A stretch of 38,832 nt of DNA from Octopus sinensis (lineage: Eukaryota), in assembly GCF_006345805.1 (NCBI RefSeq), contig NW_021835741.1, forward strand, positions 1 through 38,832. Direction: 5' to 3'. Positions 11,691-25,390 of the stretch are shown here, one piece after another. The first letter of the stretch is position 1. Every line of letters starts with the position of its first letter. Under the pieces are notes generated by a model that made no database searches, was not told where the DNA came from, and saw only the letters and a program-made list of their open reading frames with translations. The position numbers and the translations under genes were made by a program.

Positions 11691-12809
11691 CGTGGGTATT
11701 AGCTTAGGAAAGTTTCCAGAAGTGTACCTCATGGAAAGTTTCAACCTTTGCCCTTTGCTAACAAAGCAGAAGTAAACTCGCTCAAAATGTTCAATCGCGG
11801 CAGCTGGTGATTTGTTAAAATAACATTGCGGTTACATATGTTATTTCGTATATTCCAATTTATGTCTGCAAGTTATATGAATGTATGTGTGGTATTAATA
11901 TAAAAACTTTAGCAAAAGAATAATTATGTCCATTGCGGAAAGAGATATCAGCATTGATCTGCTTGGGTTACACAATTCTAACTACCCTGAAAAGCTCTAT
12001 TATATCTGACACTTCTTCACACTGTTCTGGAGTTCAGGAGATACAGACATGAGAGAATGATGTAGAGTCTGCGAAAATGTGCTAAACCAAAAAACTAATT
12101 CTTTGTTCAGTTTGTACAGTAACAAACCATTTTTCATTTATATCTCGAAAGTGCTTAATGTTGATAGTGCGATGGAGGATGTACGAAGCGCGTCTGTGAT
12201 AATAAAATACGATCCTTTCGTCAGTCTCATCACTTGAGGACACAGTAGGTGTAGTATAAAAGGAGTTTTCACGCTCCTCGGGTTGCCCTGTTACTGTATC
12301 CTCATGTTTGTTAACCTGAGATCCTACATCGTTCTTGATCGGTGAGTCTATTATACATACATACATACGTACATACATACATTCATACATACATACATAC
12401 ATACAAGCATGCAAACATACAAACACTCACTTAACCCCCCCCCCCCCCACACACACACACACAAACAAACAAACAAATACACATATATAAGCATACGCGT
12501 ATAAATTAACATACACATACATAAACACGCATGCTCAAATATATATATATATGTACACACACACATATATGTACAAAAAATACATGTGTGTGTGGAAATA
12601 TATATATATAGTGGCACGAACGCACACACACACACTCACACATAGTATATTTGTAGTGAGAGAATATGGGATGAGAGGGTAACATCCTTTGAGAGAAAGG
12701 AAGATATATCATAACACCAGAATATACCATTAATTGGATGTAATGTCCAATTATAAGAGAAATGTAACCTTCAAACGGAAAGTTTATAGAGCTCAGACAA
12801 ACAAACATA

Positions 12810-12821
12810 CACGCACACACG

Positions 12822-12861
<40 letters not shown>

Positions 12862-12931
12862 TGCACGCACGCGCGCGCACAGAGACGCTAAAACTACGAT
12901 TCTCTATCTCTCTCTCTCTCTCTTTCTCTCT

Positions 12932-12981
<50 letters not shown>

Positions 12982-13102
12982 GTATATGTATATATATAGT
13001 ATACATACAGACACACGCGCGCGCGCAAGCATACACAGTTTTTCTATCCACCTAAATACAAGTAGTAATATGTATATATACATATATATAATATATATAT
13101 GT

Positions 13103-13137
<35 letters not shown>

Positions 13138-13168
13138 CGCACACACATATATATACACACGCATATAT

Positions 13169-13225
<57 letters not shown>

Positions 13226-13259
13226 GTGTATGTGTGTGTATGTGTGTATATATATATAC

Positions 13260-13291
<32 letters not shown>

Positions 13292-13360
13292 GTGTGTGAA
13301 TGTGTATGTGTATGTATGTATGTATATATATATATATGCATGTATGTATGTATATATACA
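12810..13360. repeat. Compound (CA)/(CT)/(TA)/(TG) microsatellite
   Basis: Direct reading. Confidence 0.95.
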
Positions 13361-13751
13361 TATAGTACTTTTTACAAACACTGTACCATTTCACTAATAA
13401 CCACGTTGAGCCGTACAATACATATATATTCTCTCACAAGCCCAGAAACACATATGCACATACATTTGTATTGATGCGTGTGTGTGTGTGTGTGTATGTA
13501 TGCGTGTGTTTGTGTTTGTGTGTACGTGTGTATGCGTATTTCGGGGGCCATAGAGGTGTTTTCCTTTTCTCTTAACTAACAGGTAAATTTGGGAGTGTGC
13601 CATTTGGTTGATTCGGAATTTCTAGGTCAATGCAGCTGTGTAAATATGATAGATGCATGCAAACACTATATTGTAATATATATGTACAAACACATAAACA
13701 TACACACCCACGTATTACGTTATACATACACACACACACACACACACATAA

Positions 13752-13813
<62 letters not shown>

Positions 13814-14101
13814 AACACGCACATATATGTGTGTACTATGTGTTTTTTGTGTTTATATTATTTTAAGCAGGAAATAACGACTATACTCACTAATAACGTA
13901 TACAATATCTACCAATAACAAATATTATAGTGTTCGATTTCAATATTTTAACCATCAATAACTAATAGGGAAGAACAATACTACCTCTTGTAGGTACCAA
14001 TAACTGCTTTTTTTATTATTGCCAATGCTATCTGATATAAACACGCAAAACTATTACAGTTGCTAATACTATATAACATAACCACACCGATATATATATA
14101 T

Positions 14102-14135
<34 letters not shown>

Positions 14136-15071
14136 CTAGCTGACGTATCCGATAATTTCCGGGGAAAGCGGGCTTATCTTCTGGTTCCGTTCTCATAATT
14201 GTTTCGCTAATCCAATAACAACAATACAAAGTATGTAGCCCTTAAAACGGTTTTTGTGCATTTACACAGAATACCGAACTGTCTTACACATGATCCTGTT
14301 TTTAAGAATTCCCAATAAGTTATGAATACCCAAATTGTGAAGTCAGTTATGTAATAACATAAAATTGGTTACCCAATAGTAACAATTCAAATAAAGTAGA
14401 CACAAAAACGGCTTTAATGCGTTCCCAGAGTATATAGAGCATAGAAGGAAATACTAATAAGGTATGTATACTAATATCGTGAAGCATGTTAAGTAATAAC
14501 AGGCTAATCAGATATGAGATAATAATTAAAAGTAAATAACTCTGAAAAAGGCTTTTGTGCGTTCCCAGAGAATATTATCCTTAGGAGTGCTAGTGTTGGT
14601 ATATTCGTGAATAAGTCACTAACCGAAATAAGTAGTTCTATTGTTTAGGAAAATATTATTTACTTGTTTAAGGGTTGTACTGGATAAATTGCGAAAATGA
14701 CTCTAAGAGATCAAATACTAAGAAATAGGCATACTCAATTTCATTTTTACCAGATAATTTAAGAAAATGATTGGGTTATTTCCCTTGACTATATGTATAA
14801 GGATCACTTCCGGGGCGAATGGGTTATTTCCCTTGGTTTCTAAAATAAAATATTTTAGATATATATAAGGATCCCTTCCAGGGCCCTATTATCGATTTTC
14901 TCAACAACAATCTGAGTATGCCATGAGGTTCCCAGACATGAGTTCTACTCACGCGTCAAGTTTCATCAAAATCGATAAAACGATGTAGGAGGAGTTAGCT
15001 AACAACTCCACAAACACACCCACAGACAGAATTTCCCACATATGTAGTATATTTTCCACACATGTAGTATG

Positions 15072-15075
<4 letters not shown>
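14136..15075 (-). mobile_element. Helitron-like non-autonomous element
   Basis: Plus strand begins A-CTAG followed by the imperfect hairpin CCGATAATTTCCGG (a 3' hairpin plus CTAG on the minus strand); internal subrepeats GCGTTCCCAGAG x2 and GGGTTATTTCCCTTG x2; the 5' end is blurred into (TA)n. Confidence 0.45.
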
Positions 15076-15157
<82 letters not shown>

Positions 15158-15199
15158 GTAACTCGGTTTCCGAACAACTCTGACCATGAATAAACACTG

Positions 15200-15249
<50 letters not shown>

Positions 15250-15250
15250 T
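15075..15250. repeat. (TA)n arrays
   Basis: Direct reading. Confidence 0.9.
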
Positions 15251-15542
15251 CTTCTCTAACCACCAAAATTATTAACCACTACTATTACCAAATACTAACT
15301 ACTACAAACAACCAATATTAAGTATTATAGTCAACAGTATTGGTTCCATAAACAAGGTTGCCCTACAAGACTTAAGTTTCTTAACGAAGAGGTGTGAATT
15401 GTTATTGACTTAGGTAATCAATCTGACTTCATCTACCTACACACGTTCAACAATCACTTGCACATTAGCACTCTCTATGTTTCAGGTGTCTTTTTACTGT
15501 GTTACCACCCACTCACGTTCAAACTTAACGAAAATTCTCAAA

Positions 15543-15870
<328 letters not shown>

Positions 15871-15872
15871 TA

Positions 15873-16173
15873 TATAAAATATTATTCGAGACAAAACCAC
15901 TATTTTGCAAAACAAACAGGAAGACTTAATTAATACATAAAATTTTATAAATAGTCAAAAAAAAACCGCCACTACAATCGTTTCTTGTCTTGATCGACAA
16001 TCTTCATAATTTGACACTGAATTATTGAAGTCCACCATGAAGATTGTCGTCGATCAAGACAGAAACGATGTAGTGGCGGTTTTTTTGACTATTTATTAAA
16101 ATTTTATGTATTAATTAAGTCTTTCCTTGTTTGTTTTGCAAAACAGTGGTTTTGTCTCGAATAATATTTTATA
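15873..16173. mobile_element. Foldback/palindromic MITE-like element
   Basis: About 135-bp inverted arms (15873-16007 and 16037-16173) with a 29-nt spacer. Confidence 0.8.
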
Positions 16174-16278
16174 ATATTTTACTATAAAATTCGATTTAAT
16201 CCTAAATCTGATTTTTTTCCCTGTAAATTTGGATTTATTCCCTAATATTTATTATTATACATATAATATATCTATATA

Positions 16279-16321
<43 letters not shown>

Positions 16322-16959
16322 ATATATAAAGAGAGAGAGGAGAGAGGAGAGACAGAGAAAGAGAGAGAGACAGAGAAGGGGACAGTGACAGAGAAAGAGA
16401 GAGACATAGAAAGAGGGAGAGAGAAGGTGGCACAAGATGAATGACAATTTTACTAGGAAAACGAAAACAACAGAAACGGATGTAAAATTTCAATTCTATT
16501 GTTAATGGTCAGCTTGTGGTCACGCTAATTTCGACTCATTCAATTCACTGAATCAACAGTATGGAGCAGATACTAAAAGAGAAAAAGATATTATGCAAAA
16601 GAAGTATATATGGACGATATGGGAAATACAAGACAAAACGGACATGGAAATATATGATCTTTTGACGTAAATGATAATTTGAAAAAAAGTTGCGCTAAAA
16701 AATAACGCATGAAAATTAGTTATCAGTCATTTAGCGTTAAAAAAAAAGGCTTGAAAACTGAGAACAGAAGGAGAGACAGAACAGTAGTGTACTCTTGATT
16801 ACATTATCCAATAATAATAGATGGTATGAGACGAGATTTTATTTCTCTTTCTAGCAAGCCGAGTGACCATCTCGTTTAGACCTGGACAGGCTTAATATAG
16901 ACCTGATTCATATACTTATCTCATTTGATTTAAAGGTTACAACTGAGACAACCTACCGT

Positions 16960-18009
16960 AGTTAAGATTTTTTGATGCCACACTCGATTTGTGCACCGGT
17001 TCATACAGACCTTACCGCCAACCAAATGTAAGACTTTCGTATATTAACTCAGACTCCTGTCGTCCATCTATTGGGCTTAAAAACCTTGTGAAGGTAAGAG
17101 AATTTAGATCTTTTTCTTCATTTTTGATACTGCAGCTTTAGCAGCCAGCTAAAGGACCGCATCACCTCTATGCCGGACCTAACACTCTCAAAAGAAAGTG
17201 CCGCAGTAATGGTTTTTAGTTTACCCTTCCCTTCTCACTCAACGTCAAGACCTGCGTAGGAAGGGTTTTCCAAGATTAGTGCATAGACATTTTACATAGT
17301 CTCATGGTATATGAGATCATTCAATTGATATAACTTAGGTTTTCGTTCAGCTATACGCTGAGTGTAAACAAAAAGATATTAAGGAACTCCCAAAACCCCA
17401 CGCATCTAGGGGATGTCCATGTAGGAGTAACAGGGAGTGTCCACTAGATGGTCGACGCAACTCTGAGGCTGTGGTCTACGAAGCAGAGGTGACATCGTAC
17501 AGTAGCAGCAACAACAGCAGCATAAGGGAACACAGACACACACGGAAATATGATTGAGTAACAGGAGGTCCCGTGAAGACCAGACTAAATAGCCACAGAG
17601 CCTCTTTTAGCATCCCAAGGAGGCACAATGTTATGACATCAGCCAGTTACATATGGCGTTTAAAAGATGAGGGAACGCTATACAGAATTTCAAGACGCTT
17701 CAACAACCTGGACCGTATCTCAACGAAAGCAGACAGTGGTCGAGAGGACAATGACTCTCAAAAATTTTCATGATCCAGATGCCTTATTGAATTCAAAAAC
17801 GGTAATTTTTAGCCAGTGCCCTTATGATAGAAAATTTGATTTAGAAAGTGCCCTCATGATAGAAAATTTGTTTGGACGTTCACAAACTGACCCAATTCGA
17901 ACACAGCTGAACTGGTTCAAAAGAAGGTAACTCTGTCTCTTTAAGAATGTTTTATTTTTTCCGTTTCAGAGCATTTTTTTGTCTCGGATTTTTTTCACCA
18001 CCAAACTGA
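16960..18009 (+). mobile_element. Decayed Penelope-like element (RT thumb, linker, GIY-YIG endonuclease)
   Basis: DATLDLCTGSYRPYRQPN..YINSDS, PFSLNVKTCVGRV, CPLDGRRNSEAVVYEAEVT, KTRLNSHRASF..YIWRLKDEG, LLNSKTVIFSQCPYDRKF; frameshifts and stops. Confidence 0.85.
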
Positions 18010-18315
18010 TTCGGACTTATTTTTACCTCCATTACTAAAGAAGTTATGTGCCTCCGTTCAACAGATCTGGTGAGGGCTTATATTGACAGGTGCAATTGTA
18101 GGCATGAAACCAATGATAACTTTCTCGTTGGCCATAATCAAGGATATACTACTCGACTACATAATATATATATATATATTAAATACACGCTAGTATTGTC
18201 CGACATAGAAACCAGTACCAACGTTTCAATGTGGCTCGCTTGAAAATTGTGAAGATTTCTCTTTACATGGAATCATTGATGGCCTTGTTTACTGGCAAAA
18301 AAATGTTTGTGTGTG

Positions 18316-18350
<35 letters not shown>

Positions 18351-18619
18351 GTGAGTGTGTGTGTTTGTGTGTGTGTGTGTGTGCGTGTGCGTGTGTGTGT
18401 GTAATCGAAATATTTCTAATATTTTGCTAGTTTGTAAAGCTTTAATTTCTAATCAAGGAATGTTTCCTCCGTTTATATGGATTTACTTTGAATCCGAAAA
18501 TGTATTGTAAGTGATAGATAGATAGATAGATAGATAAGTGTGCTTGTATATATGTGTGTGCATGTTTTGGTGAATCTCACAACACTTGAGAAGCGGTATT
18601 GATTTGTTTGCGATCCCTG

Positions 18620-18780
18620 TTATCTAGCGCTTCGGTCGAAGAAATCGATAGAATACATACGAGACACATAAAAGAATAAATACCAGTGTCCATTTGTTTG
18701 TTTAAACACTTCAAAGTAGTACTCCAGAATGGCTGGAGTCCAATGACTGAGACAAATACAAACAACACAAGACTAAGAAT
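18620..18780 (+). mobile_element. Degraded SINE 3' part
   Basis: gtcgaagaaatcgata..aaataccag..aatgactgagacaaata; reverse-complement relatives at 31970-32090 and 38100-38138. Confidence 0.45.
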
Positions 18781-19049
18781 AGAAGAGTTGGGACAAATAA
18801 AGGCCCAGGGATGATTCCGGTAGAGAAAAATTCTATTGTATAATAAAATATTTAAAATTGGAAATGTGGAAAAATAAAAAGGTGGAACAACATCGAAATC
18901 AGCATTTCGTTCTGGTTTGGAATTTTACAAGTCGAGTGGGCGTTGTATAATTAAGTATTCATGAAATACAAAATAGCACAATTTAAAAATTTACAAGACT
19001 ATACGATAGAATGTATGCGCATGTATGTGTATCTATCTATGCATTATAT

Positions 19050-19129
<80 letters not shown>

Positions 19130-19254
19130 CATGTATGTATGCATGCGCTTCGACACACGAACTCACATAAAGCATCTTGCAAACCAAATCCAAAAAGAGA
19201 AGTGATACATATATATATATACTCACATGTGAATATATCTCTATAAATGGGTAG

Positions 19255-19291
19255 TATATTGCATATATTATTATCGTTATTATTATTATTA

Positions 19292-19339
<48 letters not shown>

Positions 19340-19383
19340 TCTTATCATTATCATTATTATTATTATTGTTGTTGTTGTTGTTG

Positions 19384-19462
<79 letters not shown>

Positions 19463-19510
19463 CAGCAGTAGTATTGCTGTTGTTGTTGTTATTGTTGTTG
19501 ATTTTGTTAT
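19255..19510. repeat. (ATT)n/(GTT)n/(AGT)n triplet array
   Basis: Direct reading. Confidence 0.95.
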
Positions 19511-19729
19511 TTTATAAATTATTCTAATTCATGCAACTCAGTCGACCGACTATATATGTGTTTGTGCGTATGTTTTTACGCGTTTAAGTGCGTATGATTA
19601 TGTGAGTGTGTGTGTGTCTGTGTGTGTGTGCATGTTGACACACACACACATAAACACTCAGACATACACATACATAAATACTTGCATGCATACACATGTG
19701 TGTGTTTGTGTGTGTATGTGTTATATATA

Positions 19730-19778
<49 letters not shown>

Positions 19779-19793
19779 CGTGTGTTTGTATTT

Positions 19794-19835
<42 letters not shown>

Positions 19836-20416
19836 TGAAAGAAGACGGGCGATGGAGACAAACATATATACACACGTGTGTGTGTGTGTAAACGTGTATT
19901 CCCACAAATACATACACACATACACTGGAGGAAACAACAAACAAAAATAACAAATATGTATAGATTGATTTACAAATAATACGTAACCCAGAAATACAAG
20001 TAAGGTGTTGATAGGAATATGACAAAATTCTTTACTGATTAACTTCAAAATTTATTCTATAGTGGATGAACGAGACAGTGTTTCATTAATAAAACATTAG
20101 ATTTGGAAATGGCTTCAAGAATCTTTCTAGCTTTGATAAGATTCGTTTTGTGGGTGGATGGAAATGTTAGATAGAATACATATTAGACTATATTGGACCT
20201 CATGTTGGTGCAGCTGCTGTGTAAAACCAGAATAGCTCCAATGGAGGAAGCTTATGATGCTCGTGTACACGGTCGAAAAGCCTACTACGACCAATGGTCA
20301 TTATTCTGAACCTCATATTATGCCTCCGTTTTTAATGTTCTCAAGTGGTAGAACATCCTAAACCTTCATCTACTTCTCTTTCTCACTCTTTCTTTCTCTC
20401 CCTCTCTCTCTCTCTT

Positions 20417-20456
<40 letters not shown>

Positions 20457-20654
20457 ATACGTTAATAGAGATAACTTGGAATGCATTTCGAAGCTTGTTC
20501 AATGCTTCACTTCAGCTTTTTCATCCTTAAACAGACATGCACACTCACACACGCGCGCACATACACACAAACATACTATAGGTGCGCGCATACGTGTGTG
20601 TGTGTGTGGTGTGTGTGTGCATGGTGCAAATTCTGTCCCATCTGACAAACTGTT

Positions 20655-20820
20655 TGACAGCATTTTGTCCGTCTTTGCATTCTGAGTTCAAATTCCGCCA
20701 GAGTCGACTTTGCCTTTCATTCTTTCGGAGTCGACGAAATATGTATCAGTTGAGGATATAATCGATAATCCTTCTTCCCTCAAATTTTCAAGCCTTGAGC
20801 CTTTAGTAGAAATAATTATC
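20655..20820 (+). mobile_element. Degraded tRNA-derived SINE
   Basis: B-box-like GAGTTCAAATTCC followed by gtcgactttgcctttcattctttcggagtcga. Confidence 0.6.
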
Positions 20821-20984
20821 TGTATGAATTGCTTCGGTTTTATAATCTCTTTTATAGAGAGGCTTTGAGTCCATTTTATTGTAAAGATTTCTATCTCAGA
20901 TGATTTCCGTTCATTGATGAAGAAATTCAGCATGGGTCAAATCAGTACCACAAATCAGTACGCATTTGATGGAATGCTGATTCA

Positions 20985-21285
20985 TACACACACACATACA
21001 TGTGCATATATATATATATATATACATACATACATACATACATACATACATACATACATACATACATACATACGTACATACATACAAACATACATACATA
21101 TGCATGCAAACATACATACATACATACATACATACATTCATACATACATACATACATACATACATACATACATACATACTTACATACATACATACAAACA
21201 TACATACATACATACATACATACATACATACATACATACATACATACATACATACATACATACATACATACATACATACATACAT
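20985..21285. repeat. (TACA)n
   Basis: Direct reading. Confidence 0.95.
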
Positions 21286-21287
21286 CT

Positions 21288-21560
21288 ATTGTGTTGAGAC
21301 AAAATTTTTGCAATATTTTGGTCACTTATTTCATTCGTCTAATTACACAAAAAAAAGCCTAGCATTTAAAACTAGAGGTCATGGTGCTGCACCGTCTGAA
21401 GCCACCTTTCTGCCAGCTCTTTGATCCCACGCTGATGCTAGTTCTTGCCCTTCGAGGCAAAGAATTCCTTCAGTGAAGCTTCCACCTTCTCTTTGTTGAT
21501 GAAGAGTCACGAGCGCAAGAAGCGAGTCATGCCCTGGAACAGGTGATAATCCGAGGGAGA
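21288..21560 (-). mobile_element. Mariner transposase C-terminus and probable 3' terminus
   Basis: Minus strand PSDYHLFQGM..FFASK..RGIKELAERWLQTVQH; ends at a TA dinucleotide. Confidence 0.8.
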
Positions 21561-21562
21561 TA

Positions 21563-21932
21563 TTTTCCTTCTGTCTTGTCATGCATAAGCAGTGGCTGAG
21601 CAACGGCCAGCTTCTAGAACCTGTCGCTAAACATGGGCGTTTCGAACACAAGGTGAATCTCTGTGTCTGGTGGAATTATAAACGGATAATTCATTACAAG
21701 TTCGTTCTGGACGGTCAAACTAACGATATCAACCAGTACTGTGAACAGCTGGTGCGGTTGTATACCAATGTGCGACAAAAAATACTCCACATTGGTTAAG
21801 AGAACGCGTGCTCTTCTGCAGCAAGACAACAAAAAACCTCATACCGCCCAAACGACCCGGATTAAACTCCAGGAACTTGAGGGAATCGAACTGATGCTAC
21901 ACCCAGTATATAGTGCTGATCTAGCTCCTTCG
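21563..21932 (+). mobile_element. Mariner transposase catalytic-domain fragment
   Basis: KVNLCVWWNYKRIIHY, LLQQDNKKPH, LHPVYSADLAPS, with a frameshift. Confidence 0.88.
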
Positions 21933-21934
21933 TG

Positions 21935-22273
21935 TAGACACAGTCAGAACGCCTACTGTGTCCCTTCCTGCTGGCCACGGATTAATAGCTTTCGTTGCAG
22001 TTGTCACGTTTCACAGCCTGTACAGTGTTTACGTAGCAGTGTGCAGCAATCATGATGTCGGCATTTTGTTGCCCGACGTAAATCATCATAATACAGGCAA
22101 TTCCTTTCCAACAATAGTCAGATGGTTTCCAGTCCTCCATGTCAGTTAACTTTTACTCAACAATAACTTTAACCTTTAAGGGCTCAAACGCCGATGACTG
22201 ATCACCAATGCCTTAAGCTATTCCTGAAAACGGGAGACATTTAAAAATCGTCAAATTTAGTGTGAACACCCTA
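21935..22273 (-). mobile_element. 5' end of a Tc1/mariner-superfamily element (terminus plus transposase N-terminus)
   Basis: Minus strand starts TAGGGTGTTCACAC and later reads MEDWKP..IAAHCYVNTVQAV..RKGHSRRSDCV, resembling an HTH N-terminus (recall). Confidence 0.5.
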
Positions 22274-23459
22274 TTACTTGATAACAGTTTGATTCGGCTC
22301 CAATTTTCATCGGCTCATCAAACGAACCAAACTCGCCAGACACGTACATGAGTGTGTGTGTATGCGTGTGTATGTGTGTGTGTATGTGTGTGTGTGTGTG
22401 TGTGTGTGTACTCATACACATATGTGTATACGTATATACATATTTATAATGTGTGTATATGTATATATTTATATACATATACATACATATGCGCATACAG
22501 CATACATATGCATATACGTACGTACATACATACACATTGAAAGTGAGTTTGTGTAAGTAAATATATGGTAAATATCTATGAATGCGTGTATGATTTTGTT
22601 TATACATATTCACAAATACACACACACACACACACACACACACATGTTAGAGGTGCGGGAAGAGAAGTGGATGACACAGCAGGTATTGGGTGTAATTACA
22701 ATACCCCCCCTCAACTCATTCCTCTCCTACTTTCTCTCCTCACTTTCTTTCTACCTCCCCCTCTACTTCTTTCTCCCTCTGTTTCACTCACCCTCTCTCT
22801 CTCAACTATTCTTTCACCCTTTCTCTCTCTGTCTCATTCTCTCCCCCTCTATCAGGAACCACATCAAAGGCATTTTGACCGAATTGTCAAAGCGTTCGAC
22901 GACCACGCCGCCGTACCATTAAAAGGTGTTTTCAGCGGCGGCTTGGCAGAAATGAGGATTCTCCTTCAAATCAATATCTTCAAAACGTTTCTTTGATCCC
23001 GCTTTTTATTATTCCACTCTCTCCTTTGCACGTCTTTTACTCTCTCTCTCTCTCTTTCTTTCTCTCTCTCTCTCTCTCCCTCCCTCTTCTCTTTCTATCT
23101 CCCTTTTCCTCCATTCACTGTTTTTCTCTCCGTCCCTTTCTCTCTCCGGTTCCTCTCTCTCTCTCTCTCCTTTTCCCTTTCTCTCACTCTCTCACTCTCA
23201 CTTCTTCCTCTTTATGTATCTGGCTATATTGCCCTTCTTAATCATCAAATCTCTTACAACCACATTACCACCACCACCACCATCACTACTACCAACAACA
23301 ACAAACTACACCAAAAACACAAACCACTGCAAACAACAAAAAATAATAACGGCATCAATACCACCACCAGCAAAACACGACATCCACTCTGCTCTTCCAC
23401 CTGTCCACGTGCCCTATCTACTTCTTCGTAATAGGTGAACCTACATCAATGTAGCATAC

Positions 23460-23793
23460 ACAAAATTTCACACATACACAAACATACACATACACACACT
23501 CACATACACATGCGCATATTTACAAACGCATACAATTGCAGACACATTCACATATACGGAAGCATATAGATTCACACGTATAAACAGCATATAACACACA
23601 CACGCACACACACACTCACACACGCACACACATATGCACAGACGGAGATATATACAGACACATGTATATAAACACACATATACGGAAACAGACATGCACA
23701 TACACCTCTAATCGTATATACACACTCATATAGACATACATATACATACAAAATACGCGCGCGTGCGCATGCACACACAAGTATACAACCAAA

Positions 23794-23844
<51 letters not shown>

Positions 23845-24178
23845 AACACATACACAAGCAAACAGATACATACTCAAGTATACAAACAAAATACAGGCAA
23901 AAGCACATAAAAATATACATATAAACAAATATATACATAAAAACAATTTTATATACGCAAACATTTACAAACAATTAAAAATTCGCATGTAAACATACAT
24001 ATTCTCGTGCAAACATCTGCATACATATTAACATACACACGTATATTCATAATTGTACACTTACAGATGTATAGACACGCACATACATACACACACACAC
24101 ACATTGACATATTAGCATTTACATAAACATGCATACATGCGCTCACACATACACACACACATACATACATACATACAT

Positions 24179-24211
<33 letters not shown>

Positions 24212-24420
24212 TACATACATACATACATTCATACATACATACATACATACACTCACACATACATGCCAACACATTAAAAAACATATCCATGAATACACGC
24301 ATACATTTAGATAAGTACAACACGCAAACATACACCCAAATACATACATATACACACATATACATACAGTTGCATGCATATGCATACGCCCATATACATA
24401 CATATGCGCACATATACATA
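23460..24420. repeat. Long degenerate (CA)/(TACA) low-complexity tract
   Basis: Direct reading. Confidence 0.9.
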
Positions 24421-24572
24421 GGTGTGGCTGTGTGGTAAGAAGTTTGCTTGCCAACGGCATGGTTCTGGGTTCAGTCCAACTGCGTGGCAACTGGAGGAAG
24501 TGTCTTCTACTATAGCCTCGGGCCAACCAAAGGCCAGTGGATTTGGTGGACCACTGAAAGAAGTTCGTCGTA
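24420..24572 (+). mobile_element. tRNA-derived SINE
   Basis: A-box-like TGGCTGTGTGG, B-box-like GGTTCAGTCC, then aagtgtcttctactatagcctcgggc; partial second copy at 24682-24773. Confidence 0.75.
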
Positions 24573-24681
24573 TATATGTATATATATGTGTGTATGTATA
24601 TATGTATAGATACATACATTCATACATACATACGTAGATATACATACACACATATATATATGTGCGTGTACGTGTGTGCGT

Positions 24682-24773
24682 AGCACCTTGGGCAAGTGTC
24701 TCCTACTATAACTTCGGGCCGACCAAAGTCTTGTAAGTGGATTTGGTAGACGGAAACTGAAAAAAGCTCGTCG
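24682..24773 (+). mobile_element. 5'-truncated copy of the SINE at 24420
   Basis: gcaccttgggcaagtgtctcctactataacttcgggccgaccaaag..ctgaaaaaagctcgtcg. Confidence 0.75.
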
Positions 24774-24785
24774 TGTGTGTATATA

Positions 24786-25350
24786 CGAGGGTGAGTCAAA
24801 AATAATGCCATTTTGTTTAAGGCAGGTATAATTACCAACGCAGGAACATGTATCATACATCAAAATGAAGCTGGTCCTTTGTGAATTACATCCTTACTTC
24901 TCAAAATAGTCACCGTTTCTCTCAATAGCAATGTTCCACCTTCGAATGAGAGCATGTATCCCTGCCCCGTCAAATTCTATTGACTGTTCTTTGAGCCACT
25001 TTTTCACTACTGTTTTCACTTCCTCGTCACTAGACTATCATCGTCACTGGACTATCATCTCTTCGGCCCCATGAAAGAGGGTTTGAGAGGTAAACATTAT
25101 TCCAGGGACGAATAAGTGAAAACTGTAGTGAAGAAGTTGCTCAAAGAAGAGTCAACAGATTTTTACGGGGCAGGGATACATGCTCTCATTCGAAGATGGA
25201 ACATTGCTATTGAGAGAAACGGTGACTATGTTGAGAAGTAGGGATGTGATCCACAGAGCACCAGCTTCATTTTGATGTTTGATACATGTTCCTTTGTTGG
25301 CAATTATACCTGTCCTAAACAAAATGGCATTACTTTTTGACTTACCCTCG
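24786..25350. mobile_element. Mariner-derived palindromic element with TA flanks
   Basis: TA-CGAGGGT...ACCCTCG-TA; about 240-bp inverted arms; the right half encodes DYHLFGPMKEGLRGKHY..GIHALIRRWNIAIERNGDYVEK*. Confidence 0.9.

Positions 25351-25390
<40 letters not shown>

Noticed and set aside
12205-12240. Minus-strand GTGATGA..GAAAGG hammerhead-like string
   Set aside because: No stem II pairing and the C3 position is wrong.
12241-12341. Possible exon ending at a G/GTGAGT donor (..GVFTLLGLPCYCILMFVNLRSYIVLD)
   Set aside because: There is an in-frame stop just upstream, no good acceptor tract and no recognisable protein.
20170-20310. Short open frame ..APMEEAYDARVHGRKAYYDQW
   Set aside because: No convincing splice signals or homology recalled.
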